From positions 160,711-224,710 of the forward strand of contig JAZKCO010000001.1 in the NCBI GenBank assembly GCA_040388055.1: 64,000 nt of DNA, written 5' to 3'. Under the pieces are notes generated by a model. That model did not search any database, had not been told where the DNA came from, and saw only the letters and a list, made by a program, of their open reading frames with translations. This DNA is from Bacteroidota bacterium. Its GTDB lineage: Bacteria > Bacteroidota > Bacteroidia > Sphingobacteriales > Sphingobacteriaceae. Both the position numbers and the translations under genes were made by a program. Positions 36,181-46,544 of the stretch are shown one piece after another (within the stretch, counting starts at the first letter, position 1; every line of letters starts with the position of its first letter).

Positions 36181-37422
36181 ATGAAGACTTCAAAATATTA
36201 CCCCTGGGTATTAGTAGGCTTATTATGGGTGGTAGCCCTGCTCAATTATATGGATCGGCAAATGCTTTCGACCATGAAGCCTGCCATGCAGGTCGATATT
36301 GCAGAATTACAAACCGCTGCAAACTTTGGCTATTTAATGGCTATATTTTTATGGATTTATGGTTTTATGAGCCCGGTTTCGGGTATTATAGCCGATAAAT
36401 TTAATCGAAAATGGCTTATCGTAGGCAGCCTTTTCGTGTGGAGTGCAGTAACCTTTGCTATGGGTTATGCGACCACCTTTAATCAGCTTTACATGTTAAG
36501 AGCAATAATGGGTGTTAGCGAAGCCTTGTATATTCCTGCGGGCCTATCGTTAATTGCCGACTTTCATAGTCCTAAAACCCGATCGTTGGCTATAGGAATC
36601 CACATGACGGGCCTATATATGGGGCAGGCCTTAGGGGGCTTCGGGGCAACTGTAGCAAAAACATATACCTGGCAATCTACTTTTCATACCTTTGGTTTCA
36701 TCGGTATTGTTTATGCCTTGGTGTTAATTTTCTTTTTAAGAGAGAAAAAGGAGCATACGCTCGAAGATACAGCCGATCGAATAGCAATTGCACCAAAACT
36801 ATCGATTTTTAAAGGCTTAGCTTTATTATTTAGTAATATCTCATTTTGGGTAATCTTATTTTATTTCGCCATTCCAAGTTTACCAGGTTGGGGCGTAAAA
36901 AACTGGTTGCCGACCCTATTTGCACAGAATTTAAACCTACCAATGGAACAGGCAGGGCCTTTGTCGACCATTACTATAGCGGCGTCATCGTTTATAGGTG
37001 TTATTTTTGGTGGCATTTTATCCGATAAATGGGTGCAAAAAAACTTGAAAGGCCGCATATATACCAGCGCTATTGGTCTGGGGTTAACTATTCCATCTTT
37101 ATTACTCATTGGCTTCGGTCATTCTTTATTTCATGTAGTTGGTGCCGCACTTTGTTTCGGAATAGGCTTTGGGATGTTCGATGCGAACAATATGCCCATT
37201 CTTTGCCAATTTGTTTCGGCTAAATACAGGGCAACAGCTTATGGATTAATGAATATGACCGGCGTGTTTTTTGGTGCCTTTATTACCGATTTATTAGGGA
37301 AATCATCAGATGAAGGTAATTTGGGTAAAGACTTCGCCATGCTGGCTGGTATTGTCCTTTTAGCATTGCTGGTACAACTTTATATGCTGAGGCCGAAAGT
37401 AAACGATTTTGTGGAATCCTAA
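36181..37422 (+). CDS. MFS transporter, probable sialic-acid permease (Bacteroides NanT-like)
   Basis: LLNYMDRQML, GIIADKFNRK, multiple TM helices; located between nanM and nanH. Confidence 0.9.
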   Translation: MKTSKYYPWVLVGLLWVVALLNYMDRQMLSTMKPAMQVDIAELQTAANFGYLMAIFLWIYGFMSPVSGIIADKFNRKWLIVGSLFVWSAVTFAMGYATTFNQLYMLRAIMGVSEALYIPAGLSLIADFHSPKTRSLAIGIHMTGLYMGQALGGFGATVAKTYTWQSTFHTFGFIGIVYALVLIFFLREKKEHTLEDTADRIAIAPKLSIFKGLALLFSNISFWVILFYFAIPSLPGWGVKNWLPTLFAQNLNLPMEQAGPLSTITIAASSFIGVIFGGILSDKWVQKNLKGRIYTSAIGLGLTIPSLLLIGFGHSLFHVVGAALCFGIGFGMFDANNMPILCQFVSAKYRATAYGLMNMTGVFFGAFITDLLGKSSDEGNLGKDFAMLAGIVLLALLVQLYMLRPKVNDFVES

Positions 37423-37437
37423 AACGATAACGCACGC

Positions 37438-39033
37438 ATGAAGCAAAAACATCAATCGACCCTGTTTTATCTGCTAACGATCTTCTTCCTATCGAGCAGT
37501 CTGAGCTGTAGCAAGAAAACAACGACAAAAGTAACTGTCCCCCTAAAACCAGCCGTTCTTACCGCACAGGTAAACACAACCTATACACTGCCAGTGCTAA
37601 CCAACCAGTCGGCTAATCCCTATACCCTTATTACCATTCAGGTTCCACAGCAAGCAGGGATAAAGAAAATTACACGAATCGTGTGCTCGCTAAATAATGA
37701 GGTTACCAACGATGTTGAAAAAATTCAGGTTTACCAGGGCGGTCCGGTTTTTACAGAAGAATTACCTTTAATGGCCACACAAACAGCTATTACTGCCACT
37801 ATCGAAATTCCTGTTAACCTTAGCTTACAAGCAGGAACGAACTATATTTGGTTAAATATACGACTAAAGGAAAACCCATCGCTGGCTTCGAAATTGAACT
37901 TAAAGGTTAACCAGCTAATTGATGAACTTGGCAATGGAATAACGATTGATTTAAATACCAATCCGACTTCAAAATATCAGGGTATTACCTTGCGAAAAGC
38001 AGGCGAAGATGGTATTAATACTTACCGGATCCCCGGGATAATTACGACAGATAAAGGGACTTTAATTGCCGTATACGATAACCGGTATGTAAATAGTGCC
38101 GATTTGCCAGCTAATATTGATGTTGCAATGAGCCGTAGCAACGATGGCGGTAAAACATGGCAAGCCATGAAAGTGATTATGGATATGGGAATTCCCAACG
38201 ATCAAAATGGGATAGGTGACCCCTCGATATTGTTCGATCCAGTTACCCATAAAATTTGGGTTGCTGCATTATGGAGTAAGGGTAACCATTCTATTGCCGG
38301 GTCTGGCCCTGGTTTATTACCCGACGAAACCGGTCAACTCATTTTGGTCAATAGTAGCGACGATGGTTTAACCTGGTCGGCGCCTATTAATATTACCACT
38401 CAGGTAAAAAATCCGCTATGGAAGATCTTATTTCAGGGCCCTGGTAATGGTATAGCGATGCAGGATGGTACGCTTGTTTTTCCGGCCCAATATTGGGATG
38501 CTTTAAACATGCCCTATTCGACCTTTATTTATAGCAAAGACCAAGGGCTAACCTGGAAAAGAGCCAGCGCACAAGGGCCAAAATCGAATACCACAGAAAG
38601 TCAGGTCGTAGAAACCACTGCTGGAACTTTGATGTTAAACATGAGAGATAACCGGGGTGGTTTTAGAAGTGTAGCCACTACGAACGATTTGGGCGATAAC
38701 TGGGTCATACACCCAACGTCTTATCAAGCACTTGTCGACCCGGTTTGTATGGGAAGTTTAATTAAAGCTCGGGTAAAAGTAAACGGTGCCCTGAAAGATG
38801 TTTTATTTTTCAGCAATCCCAATTCGAATTCGAGCCGGAGCAATATAACCATTAAGGCCAGCTTAGATATGGGCTTAACCTGGCAAGCTACAAATCAATT
38901 GTTAATAGACAGCAGAAGCACTTATGGTTATTCTTCATTAACAAAAATCGATGATCAGACCATTGGGATTTTATATGAAGGAACCCGCGACTTATACTTT
39001 TTAAGGATACCAGTTAACGATATAATAAAATAA
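37438..39033 (+). CDS. nanH: GH33 sialidase (lipoprotein) with N-terminal accessory domain
   Basis: Lipobox LSC; YRIPG, DNR...DLPANID, Asp boxes, TE, NMR, RSNI, GYSS; full catalytic set. Confidence 0.93.
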   Translation: MKQKHQSTLFYLLTIFFLSSSLSCSKKTTTKVTVPLKPAVLTAQVNTTYTLPVLTNQSANPYTLITIQVPQQAGIKKITRIVCSLNNEVTNDVEKIQVYQGGPVFTEELPLMATQTAITATIEIPVNLSLQAGTNYIWLNIRLKENPSLASKLNLKVNQLIDELGNGITIDLNTNPTSKYQGITLRKAGEDGINTYRIPGIITTDKGTLIAVYDNRYVNSADLPANIDVAMSRSNDGGKTWQAMKVIMDMGIPNDQNGIGDPSILFDPVTHKIWVAALWSKGNHSIAGSGPGLLPDETGQLILVNSSDDGLTWSAPINITTQVKNPLWKILFQGPGNGIAMQDGTLVFPAQYWDALNMPYSTFIYSKDQGLTWKRASAQGPKSNTTESQVVETTAGTLMLNMRDNRGGFRSVATTNDLGDNWVIHPTSYQALVDPVCMGSLIKARVKVNGALKDVLFFSNPNSNSSRSNITIKASLDMGLTWQATNQLLIDSRSTYGYSSLTKIDDQTIGILYEGTRDLYFLRIPVNDIIK

Positions 39034-39045
39034 GGTTTTAAAGAA

Positions 39046-41130
39046 ATGACGTTAAACACTAGGAAAGTAGCGATCCTATTCTTTTTTTTATTTAGCTTTC
39101 TGTTGGCAAGTGCCCAACCCATTAAAATTGCCTGTATTGGCAATTCAGTTACTTATGGTTATGGGTTGAAAAATCCAGGTACAGAATCCTATCCGGCGCA
39201 ATTACAAAAAATGTTGGGTAGCGGGTATGAAGTGGGTAATTTTGGGCATAGTGGTGCTACTTTGTTAAAAAAAGGCCATAACCCTTATTATAAAACGAAA
39301 GAATTTGCTGATGCCCTAAATTTTAAGGCCGATATAGCCATTATTCATCTGGGTTTAAACGATACCGACCCCCGAAACTGGCCAAATTATAAAGACAGCT
39401 TTGCAAGCGATTATCATTGGTTAATCGATACTTTAAAAAAGCAAAATCCAGTAATTAAACTGTTTATTTGCGATCTTAGCCCTATATTTTCGGGGCATCC
39501 CCGCTTTAAATCCGGTACGAGAACCTGGTACGACCAAATTCGACAGCTCATTCCGCAAATCGCTACAGCCAACGAAACCCGGCTCATTAACCTAAATGCT
39601 GCATTAGCTAACCGGCCAAACCTGTTTGCCGATAACCTGCATCCTAATATAGTGGGGGCAACAATTATTGCTCAGACTGTTTTTCGAAGTTTAACCGGAC
39701 AATTTGGAGCGTTAAAATTAGCGCCAGTTTTTACCGACCAGATGGTATTGCAACGCTTAAAACCAATTCCGGTATACGGTACTGCCAATGCCGGCGATAA
39801 AATTGAAATCCAATTCCAAAATATAAAGCTCCACACCATTGCCGACTTAAATGGAAAATGGAAAGTGAGTTTTCCGGCTTCGAAACACGGGGGCCCCTTT
39901 ACTTTATCGGTTAAAACCAATCAAACTCAAATTCTGCTTAAGGATATATTAATTGGCGATGTTTGGCTTTGTTCGGGGCAATCGAATATGGATTTTAAGT
40001 TAAGAGACCCTAAAGAAATCAAGCAAAAAGGAGGAAACCCTTTACTAAGATTGCTGAAATTTAATGCCATAGCAGAAACCGATAATAGTACTTGGGATTC
40101 GCTAACGCTGGAGAAAACCAATCGGCTAGACTTTTTCTCGGGGAAATGGGCAATAGCCGATTCGGCTGCTTTGCAAAACTTTTCGGCCGTTGCTTATTAT
40201 TTTGGGAAAGCGATCACTAATGCCGAACAAATTCCGATTGGATTGGTACAGGTTGCTGTTGGCGGCTCTGGCACCGAATCGTGGATCGATCGTTATACGA
40301 TGGAACACGACGATTTACTGGTCGATATGCTTAACAACTGGCGTAAAAGTGATTTTATCGACGAGTGGTGCCGGGAACGGGCTACCCTAAACCTAAAGAA
40401 TGCAAACTCGCCATTGCAAAGGCACCCTTATCAGCCTTGCTATAATTTTGAAGCTGGCATAGCGCCTTTAACCGGGTCGCCAATAACTGGTGTAATCTGG
40501 TATCAGGGCGAAAGCAATGCGAACCGTGTCGAACTCCACGAACACCTTTTTAAAACCTTGGTTAAAAGCTGGAGAAGCCAATGGAGCAGCAACTTACCTT
40601 TTTATTATGTCCAGCTGTCGAGTTTAAACCGCCCTTCGTGGCCAGCATTTAGAAATTCGCAACGCCTGCTGCAACAAGAAATTGCAAATGTATATATGGC
40701 GGTAAGCTCGGATGTCGGCGATTCGTTAAATGTGCATCCCATTAACAAGCGGCCTGTAGGCAAAAGATTAGCAAAGCTTGCTTTAAAATATACTTATCAA
40801 AAAGCTATCCAGGCCGAAGGACCGGCGGCCACAAAGGCAATAATAACAGCCGGACATGTTGTGCTTAGTTTTACGCAGGCTAAAAAATTATTAACGGCCG
40901 ACCAAAAAGAACTGCGAGGCTTCGAGCTGGTAACAACTCAAGGGATGGTGCTAAAAGCAAGTGCCACTATTCGTAACCAGCAGGTTTGGCTTAAAATTCC
41001 CGTTGGAGAAAAAATAAAAAGAGTTTTATATGCATGGCAGCCATTTACCAGAGCCAACCTTGTTAACGAAGCCCTTTTGCCGGCAAGCACCTTTAGTATA
41101 AATACCATAAATTTGGACTCAAGAAAATGA
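39046..41130 (+). CDS. Sialate O-acetylesterase with two SGNH domains
   Basis: Domain 1: CIGNSVTYG, LGLND, DNLHP. Domain 2: CSGQSNM, WYQGESN, DSLNVHP. Confidence 0.9.
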   Translation: MTLNTRKVAILFFFLFSFLLASAQPIKIACIGNSVTYGYGLKNPGTESYPAQLQKMLGSGYEVGNFGHSGATLLKKGHNPYYKTKEFADALNFKADIAIIHLGLNDTDPRNWPNYKDSFASDYHWLIDTLKKQNPVIKLFICDLSPIFSGHPRFKSGTRTWYDQIRQLIPQIATANETRLINLNAALANRPNLFADNLHPNIVGATIIAQTVFRSLTGQFGALKLAPVFTDQMVLQRLKPIPVYGTANAGDKIEIQFQNIKLHTIADLNGKWKVSFPASKHGGPFTLSVKTNQTQILLKDILIGDVWLCSGQSNMDFKLRDPKEIKQKGGNPLLRLLKFNAIAETDNSTWDSLTLEKTNRLDFFSGKWAIADSAALQNFSAVAYYFGKAITNAEQIPIGLVQVAVGGSGTESWIDRYTMEHDDLLVDMLNNWRKSDFIDEWCRERATLNLKNANSPLQRHPYQPCYNFEAGIAPLTGSPITGVIWYQGESNANRVELHEHLFKTLVKSWRSQWSSNLPFYYVQLSSLNRPSWPAFRNSQRLLQQEIANVYMAVSSDVGDSLNVHPINKRPVGKRLAKLALKYTYQKAIQAEGPAATKAIITAGHVVLSFTQAKKLLTADQKELRGFELVTTQGMVLKASATIRNQQVWLKIPVGEKIKRVLYAWQPFTRANLVNEALLPASTFSINTINLDSRK

Positions 41131-42317
41131 AATTAGCAATAAACTATTTGGAAGAACAATTGGCTTTTTACCAGAATCAATTGTTAAATGATACTGTTCC
41201 TTTTTGGTTTCCACGGTCGATCGATACCGAATACGGCGGCTTTTTATTAATGCGGGATGCCGATGGTAGCTTAATCGACGACGATAAGGCGGTTTGGATA
41301 CAGGGTCGTGCGGCCTGGTTATTGGCTACCCTTTACCACACGATCTCGCCGAAACAAGAATGGCTGGATGGCGCTAAATCGGGTATTGATTTCCTCAATA
41401 AATATTGTTTCGATACCGACGGACAGATGTTTTTTCATGTTGCCCGCAATGGTAAGCCCATTAGAAAACGACGCTATTATTTTTCGGAAACTTTTGCGGT
41501 AATTGCTAATGCAGCCTATGCTAAAGCTAGTGGAGACGAAAGCGCAGCCGAAAAAGCCCGGTTCTTATTTGGTAAATGCATCGAATATGCGACAACTCCT
41601 GGCTTATTGCCAGCTAAATATACCTCCACACGCCAGGCAAAGGGAATTGGCGTGCCTATGATTATGATGAACACGGCGCAACAATTGCGGGAAACTATTG
41701 GCGACCCCCGTTGCGACGAATGGATCGATAGATGGATTGCCGAGATCGAGCGAGATTTTGTAAAAGACGATATTCGTTGCGTTATGGAACAAGTAGCGCC
41801 CGATGGCAGTATTATCGACCATATAGATGGAAGAACCCTTAACCCAGGGCATGCCATAGAAGGCGCCTGGTTTATCTTACATGAAGCCAAATACCGCAAT
41901 AACGACCCACGTTTAATAGCCTTAGGCTGCAAAATGCTCGATTACATGTGGGAGCGTGGCTGGGATAAGGAGCATGGTGGCATTTTTTATTTTAAGGATG
42001 TTTACGATAAACCGGTACAGGAATATTGGCAGGATATGAAATTCTGGTGGCCACATAACGAAGTTATTATTGCGACCTTATTAGCTTACCTCTTAACAGG
42101 CGAAGAGAAATACCGGCAATGGCATCAAATGGTGCACGACTATGCTTACTCAAAGTTTCACGATAAAGAAAATGGCGAATGGTATGGTTATTTACATCGT
42201 GATGGTACCTTAGCACAAACTGCTAAAGGAAATTTATATAAAGGGCCTTTCCATTTACCAAGACAGGAGTGGTATTGCCAGCAAATTATAAACGAATATT
42301 TGGCTCAGCTTAAATGA
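41127..42317 (+). CDS. nanE: AGE-family N-acylglucosamine 2-epimerase
   Basis: DKAVWIQGR, NPGHAIEGAWF, KFWWPHNE, EWYGYL, KGPFHLPR. Confidence 0.92.
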   Translation: MKLAINYLEEQLAFYQNQLLNDTVPFWFPRSIDTEYGGFLLMRDADGSLIDDDKAVWIQGRAAWLLATLYHTISPKQEWLDGAKSGIDFLNKYCFDTDGQMFFHVARNGKPIRKRRYYFSETFAVIANAAYAKASGDESAAEKARFLFGKCIEYATTPGLLPAKYTSTRQAKGIGVPMIMMNTAQQLRETIGDPRCDEWIDRWIAEIERDFVKDDIRCVMEQVAPDGSIIDHIDGRTLNPGHAIEGAWFILHEAKYRNNDPRLIALGCKMLDYMWERGWDKEHGGIFYFKDVYDKPVQEYWQDMKFWWPHNEVIIATLLAYLLTGEEKYRQWHQMVHDYAYSKFHDKENGEWYGYLHRDGTLAQTAKGNLYKGPFHLPRQEWYCQQIINEYLAQLK

Positions 42318-43198
42318 TCAAAATACTAAATAAACAATATGGATGGATACTGGCAGGCTTGGTTTTTGCCATGTTTTGGGCTTCGGCCTCGACCGCAACT
42401 AAAATAGGCCTGGCTGTTGCGCAACCTTTGGTTATTGCCATTACCCGCTTTGCGGTGGCGGCCTCCATTATGTTATTTATTGCACACTTTATTCAGAAAA
42501 GTAGACTGCCAAAAGGAAGAGAATGGCTACAGATTAGTATTTACGGGCTCTTAAATATTAGTATTTATTTAGGGCTTTATGTGGTTGCAATGCAAGAAGT
42601 AACTGCCGGAATAGGGTCGCTAGCCATTGCAGTTAATCCGGTATTTATTAGCTTTTTTGCCGTCTTCTTTTTGAATAAAAAGTTAACATGGCCCATTATT
42701 CTGGCTTTAATTATCTGTACGTTAGGGGTAATTTGTGCGGCATGGCCCTTGTTTAATAATGCCGCAGTAACCACCAAAGGCTTATTACTGCTTTTACTAA
42801 GCATGCTTTCTTATGCTTTGTCGGCTATTTATTTTTCGGCAAAAAAATGGCAGGGCTTAAGCTTGCTTACCATTAATGGCTGGCAAACTTGTATTGGCGG
42901 ACTGTTATTATTGCCCTTTGTTGCTTTTTTTTATAACGGTCCCCTCAATCATTTCGACTTCAAATTCTGGTCGGCTGTTTTATGGTTAGCGATTCCTGTT
43001 TCTATTGTTGCCGTACAATTATGGCTTTGGCTCTTAAAAACGAATGCTGTTAAGGCTGGAATGTGGCTGTTCTTATGCCCATTGTTTGGCTATATTATTG
43101 CTGCTTTACTGGCCGATGAAGCCATTAGTGGCTATACTTTTATCGGAGTTATTTTAGTGTTAATGGGCTTGTTCATTGCTAAAAAGGTAAATAATTAA
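42314..43198 (+). CDS. EamA/DMT-family transporter
   Basis: About ten TM helices, FWASA...K, RFAVA; ATGA overlap with nanE. Confidence 0.88.
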   Translation: MIKILNKQYGWILAGLVFAMFWASASTATKIGLAVAQPLVIAITRFAVAASIMLFIAHFIQKSRLPKGREWLQISIYGLLNISIYLGLYVVAMQEVTAGIGSLAIAVNPVFISFFAVFFLNKKLTWPIILALIICTLGVICAAWPLFNNAAVTTKGLLLLLLSMLSYALSAIYFSAKKWQGLSLLTINGWQTCIGGLLLLPFVAFFYNGPLNHFDFKFWSAVLWLAIPVSIVAVQLWLWLLKTNAVKAGMWLFLCPLFGYIIAALLADEAISGYTFIGVILVLMGLFIAKKVNN

Positions 43199-43204
43199 GA
43201 CCAC

Positions 43205-43307
43205 TCGTCATTGCAAACCGAAGCAAAGGTTGAGCGTTGACGTGAAGTAACCTTTAAGGAAATACGGCTTAGCTAGAAAGATTGCTTCGCTTCGCTCGCA
43301 ATGACGA
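43205..43307. repeat. CGTC-tagged REP doublet / MITE-like element
   Basis: Perfect 10-bp terminal inverted repeats TCGTCATTGC...GCAATGACGA; the right arm reads GATTGCTTCGCTTCGCTCGCAATGACG. Confidence 0.7.
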
Positions 43308-43380
43308 TAAAGTGCTTACAATGATAAAACCACGACAATAATAAACCTACAATAATGATTAAAATATAATTTAACACACG

Positions 43381-44544
43381 ATGAAAACAATTTTAAACAC
43401 TTTTATTTGCCTTTTCCTTACGCTTAGTGGTTTTGCGCAAACCTACACACCGGTTTTTGTTTCCGGACAAGAAGGTCATCAAAGTTATCGCATACCAGCT
43501 ATCGTTACGCTAAAGAACGGCGACCTATTGGCTTTTGCCGAGGGTAGGGTACACGATGCCGGCGATTTTGGCGATATTAATATCGTGTTAAAGCGCAGCC
43601 GGGACAAAGGAAAAACCTGGTCGGCTTTACAAACTGTAGTCGATTACGATCAACTTCAGGCAGGAAACCCAGCGCCAGTATTGGATCTTACCGATCCGAA
43701 ATACCCTAAGGGACGCTTATTCTTATTCTATAATACTGGAAACAACCACGAAAGTGAGGTAAGAAAAGGAAACGGATTAAGAGAGGTCTGGTATAAAACT
43801 TCGACTGATGGTGGCCTAAGCTGGTCGGAGCCCGTAAATATAACAACACAGGTGCATAAGCCAAAAATGCCGCAACTAAATCCCAACTACAATTTTGCAG
43901 AAGATTGGCGGAGCTATGCCAATACCCCCGGACATGCCATGCAATTTGATGAAGGTTTATATAAAGGACGGATTTTTGTAGCAGCCAACCATTCGGCCGG
44001 AGCACCACAACCGGCAGGTAAAGATTATGTAGCCCATGGGTATTTTACCGACGACCATGGGGTTACTTTTAAGCTTTCCGAAAATGTAAGTTTTGCAGGT
44101 GGCAATGAAGCGATGGCCGCCCAGCTTTCTGGTAATGGCATGGTCATGAACATCAGGAATCAACAAGGAAATGTGAAGCAAAGAATTATCGCCATTAGTA
44201 ATAATGGCGGACAAACCTGGGACCAAACTTATTTCGATGCCAATTTGCCCGATCCGGTTTGCCAGGGAAGTACACTTTCTTATGTCGCTAAAAATGGAAA
44301 ACGTATCCTGGCATTCTGTAATGCAGCCGACACTAAAAAAAGAGATAACCTTACCCTTCGCATAAGTACCGACGATGGAAAAAACTGGACGAAGCAGAAG
44401 GTCATCGCTAAGAGCCCCGAATCTTATAAAGGCAATAGTTATTCGGCCTATTCTGATATGGTTAGGTTAAATGATAAAACAATTGGGGTGTTGTTCGAAT
44501 ATGATGGTTATAAATCGATCGTTTTTGCAGTTCAAAAATGGTAG
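43381..44544 (+). CDS. GH33 sialidase
   Basis: Signal peptide; YRIPA, EGR...DFGDIN, Asp boxes, NE, NIR, RDNL, AYSD. Confidence 0.93.
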   Translation: MKTILNTFICLFLTLSGFAQTYTPVFVSGQEGHQSYRIPAIVTLKNGDLLAFAEGRVHDAGDFGDINIVLKRSRDKGKTWSALQTVVDYDQLQAGNPAPVLDLTDPKYPKGRLFLFYNTGNNHESEVRKGNGLREVWYKTSTDGGLSWSEPVNITTQVHKPKMPQLNPNYNFAEDWRSYANTPGHAMQFDEGLYKGRIFVAANHSAGAPQPAGKDYVAHGYFTDDHGVTFKLSENVSFAGGNEAMAAQLSGNGMVMNIRNQQGNVKQRIIAISNNGGQTWDQTYFDANLPDPVCQGSTLSYVAKNGKRILAFCNAADTKKRDNLTLRISTDDGKNWTKQKVIAKSPESYKGNSYSAYSDMVRLNDKTIGVLFEYDGYKSIVFAVQKW

Positions 44545-46544
44545 GGATGAAACAACTGATAAGGCTTTTTATAGGTTTAATGGCACTTGCCGGGACAACG
44601 CAGGCGCAAAAGTTGTCTAACAACACACCGCCGGTTGCACTCATTCCACAACCAAGAGAACTTGCACTAAAAAGGGGAACCTTCGATCTTTACAGGGTCG
44701 AAACCATTTTTATATCGACACCTTCCTTAAAAAAAGAAGCACATTTTTTACAGGAAATTTTAAAAACGAAGGGGATTCCAGTAAGCGTTAAAACCGGAAA
44801 GATAAAGAGCGATAAGCCTTATGTTACCCTGGAACTCCTTAAAAATGGAGCGGATGGAGAATCTTATCAACTGAGTATCGATAAAAATCGCATTTCGATT
44901 ACGGCTACCGAAGGTACAGGTGTTTTTTATGGGCTTCAAACCCTAAGACAATACCTAGGTGCCAAGTCTTTCCTGAAAAACATCGAAATTAAAGATTCTC
45001 CAGCCTTTAAGTGGCGGGGTTATATGGTCGATGTGGGGCGTAATTATCAGTCATTAGCCTTGCTGAAACAACAGATTGAGGTAATGGCAGCCTATAAACT
45101 CAATGTTTTTCATTTTCATTTTACCGAAGATATTGCCTGGCGTCTGGCTATTAAATCATACCCGCAATTAACAGACTCTAACTATATGCTCCGAAATAAA
45201 GGGAAATATTATAGCGAGGCCGAATTTAAAGAGCTCATTAATTATTGTAAAGACCGGCACATTACACTTGTTCCGGAAATCGACATGCCGGGCCATAGTG
45301 CCGCTTTTAAGCGCGCAATGGGGGTCGATATGCAAAGTGACTCGGGAATACGGGTGCTTAAAAATATCTTGAAAGAGTTTTGTGCTACATACGATTTACC
45401 TTATTTCCATATTGGTGCCGACGAAGTAAAGATTACCAATAAAGATTTTGTGCCCGAAATGAGTAGGTTTCTAGAGTCGATGGGGAAAAAAGTAATTGGC
45501 TGGGAACCGGGGGGTAATTTTGATAAATCGACCATTCGCCAACTTTGGATGGACGACGCTGGATTGACTGCCGGAAATAACGAAATTAAATACATCGATT
45601 CGAGACACCTGTATCTTAACCATATCGATCCACTCGAAAGTGTGGTTACCCTGTTTAATCGTCAGCTTTGCGATACCGATCGGGGTAACGAACAGGCGCT
45701 TGGCGCAACGCTATGTCTTTGGCCCGACCGGCGAATCGCCAAAGAAGAAGATGCTATTAAAATGAATGGCGTTTATCCGGCAATGCTTGCTTTTGCCGAA
45801 CGTGCCTGGCTGGGCGGTGGTTATGCAGGTTGGGTGGCCGGTATAGGGCTAAATGGAACCGCCGCTTTTACTGCATTCGAAGATTTCGAATCCCGGTTAA
45901 TGGTTCATCAAAAGAAATACTTTCAAGATAAACCTTTCCCCTATAACTTGCAAAGTAATATCAATTGGCAGCTTTATGGCCCATTTTCCAATGGAGGAAA
46001 ACTGGATAAAAAGTTCGAACCTGAACGTCCTAATTTTAATTTGGCGCTAGAGAAACCAGCGTTATCGGCCCGAGGTGGAACGATCATTTTAAGGCATTGG
46101 TGGGCGCCTAAAATTAAAGGCGTGCTAACTGCACCGGCAGAAAATACGACCTGGTATGCCTTTACCAAGCTCTGGGTAAAAAGCGATACCGTTAAAGCCT
46201 TTTGGATAGGGTTTAATAACCTTTCGCGTTCGCCAGCTACCGACAGCCCGTTGGCCGGAACCTGGGATAACCATGCGAGCGAAATTTGGCTAAACAACGA
46301 AATTATATCCCCTCCAAATTGGAAGCAAGCTGGACAAAAAGGCGATTCGGAAATACCTTTAATCGACGAAGGTTATGAATATAGAAAACCGGTATCTTTA
46401 GCTTTAAAAAAGGGTTGGAATACCATTCGTGTAAAGGCACCTATTGGCAGTTTTCGAGCTAAGAATTGGCAGAATCCGGAAAAATGGATGTTTACCTTTA
46501 TCGAATCACCAAGTACCGAAACTATAAAAAATGAAAACCATTAA
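44538..46544 (+). CDS. GH20 beta-N-acetylhexosaminidase
   Basis: [27 protein letters not shown], catalytic HIGADE; extra C-terminal domain; the start could be 44547. Confidence 0.93.
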   Translation: MVGMKQLIRLFIGLMALAGTTQAQKLSNNTPPVALIPQPRELALKRGTFDLYRVETIFISTPSLKKEAHFLQEILKTKGIPVSVKTGKIKSDKPYVTLELLKNGADGESYQLSIDKNRISITATEGTGVFYGLQTLRQYLGAKSFLKNIEIKDSPAFKWRGYMVDVGRNYQSLALLKQQIEVMAAYKLNVFHFHFTEDIAWRLAIKSYPQLTDSNYMLRNKGKYYSEAEFKELINYCKDRHITLVPEIDMPGHSAAFKRAMGVDMQSDSGIRVLKNILKEFCATYDLPYFHIGADEVKITNKDFVPEMSRFLESMGKKVIGWEPGGNFDKSTIRQLWMDDAGLTAGNNEIKYIDSRHLYLNHIDPLESVVTLFNRQLCDTDRGNEQALGATLCLWPDRRIAKEEDAIKMNGVYPAMLAFAERAWLGGGYAGWVAGIGLNGTAAFTAFEDFESRLMVHQKKYFQDKPFPYNLQSNINWQLYGPFSNGGKLDKKFEPERPNFNLALEKPALSARGGTIILRHWWAPKIKGVLTAPAENTTWYAFTKLWVKSDTVKAFWIGFNNLSRSPATDSPLAGTWDNHASEIWLNNEIISPPNWKQAGQKGDSEIPLIDEGYEYRKPVSLALKKGWNTIRVKAPIGSFRAKNWQNPEKWMFTFIESPSTETIKNENH

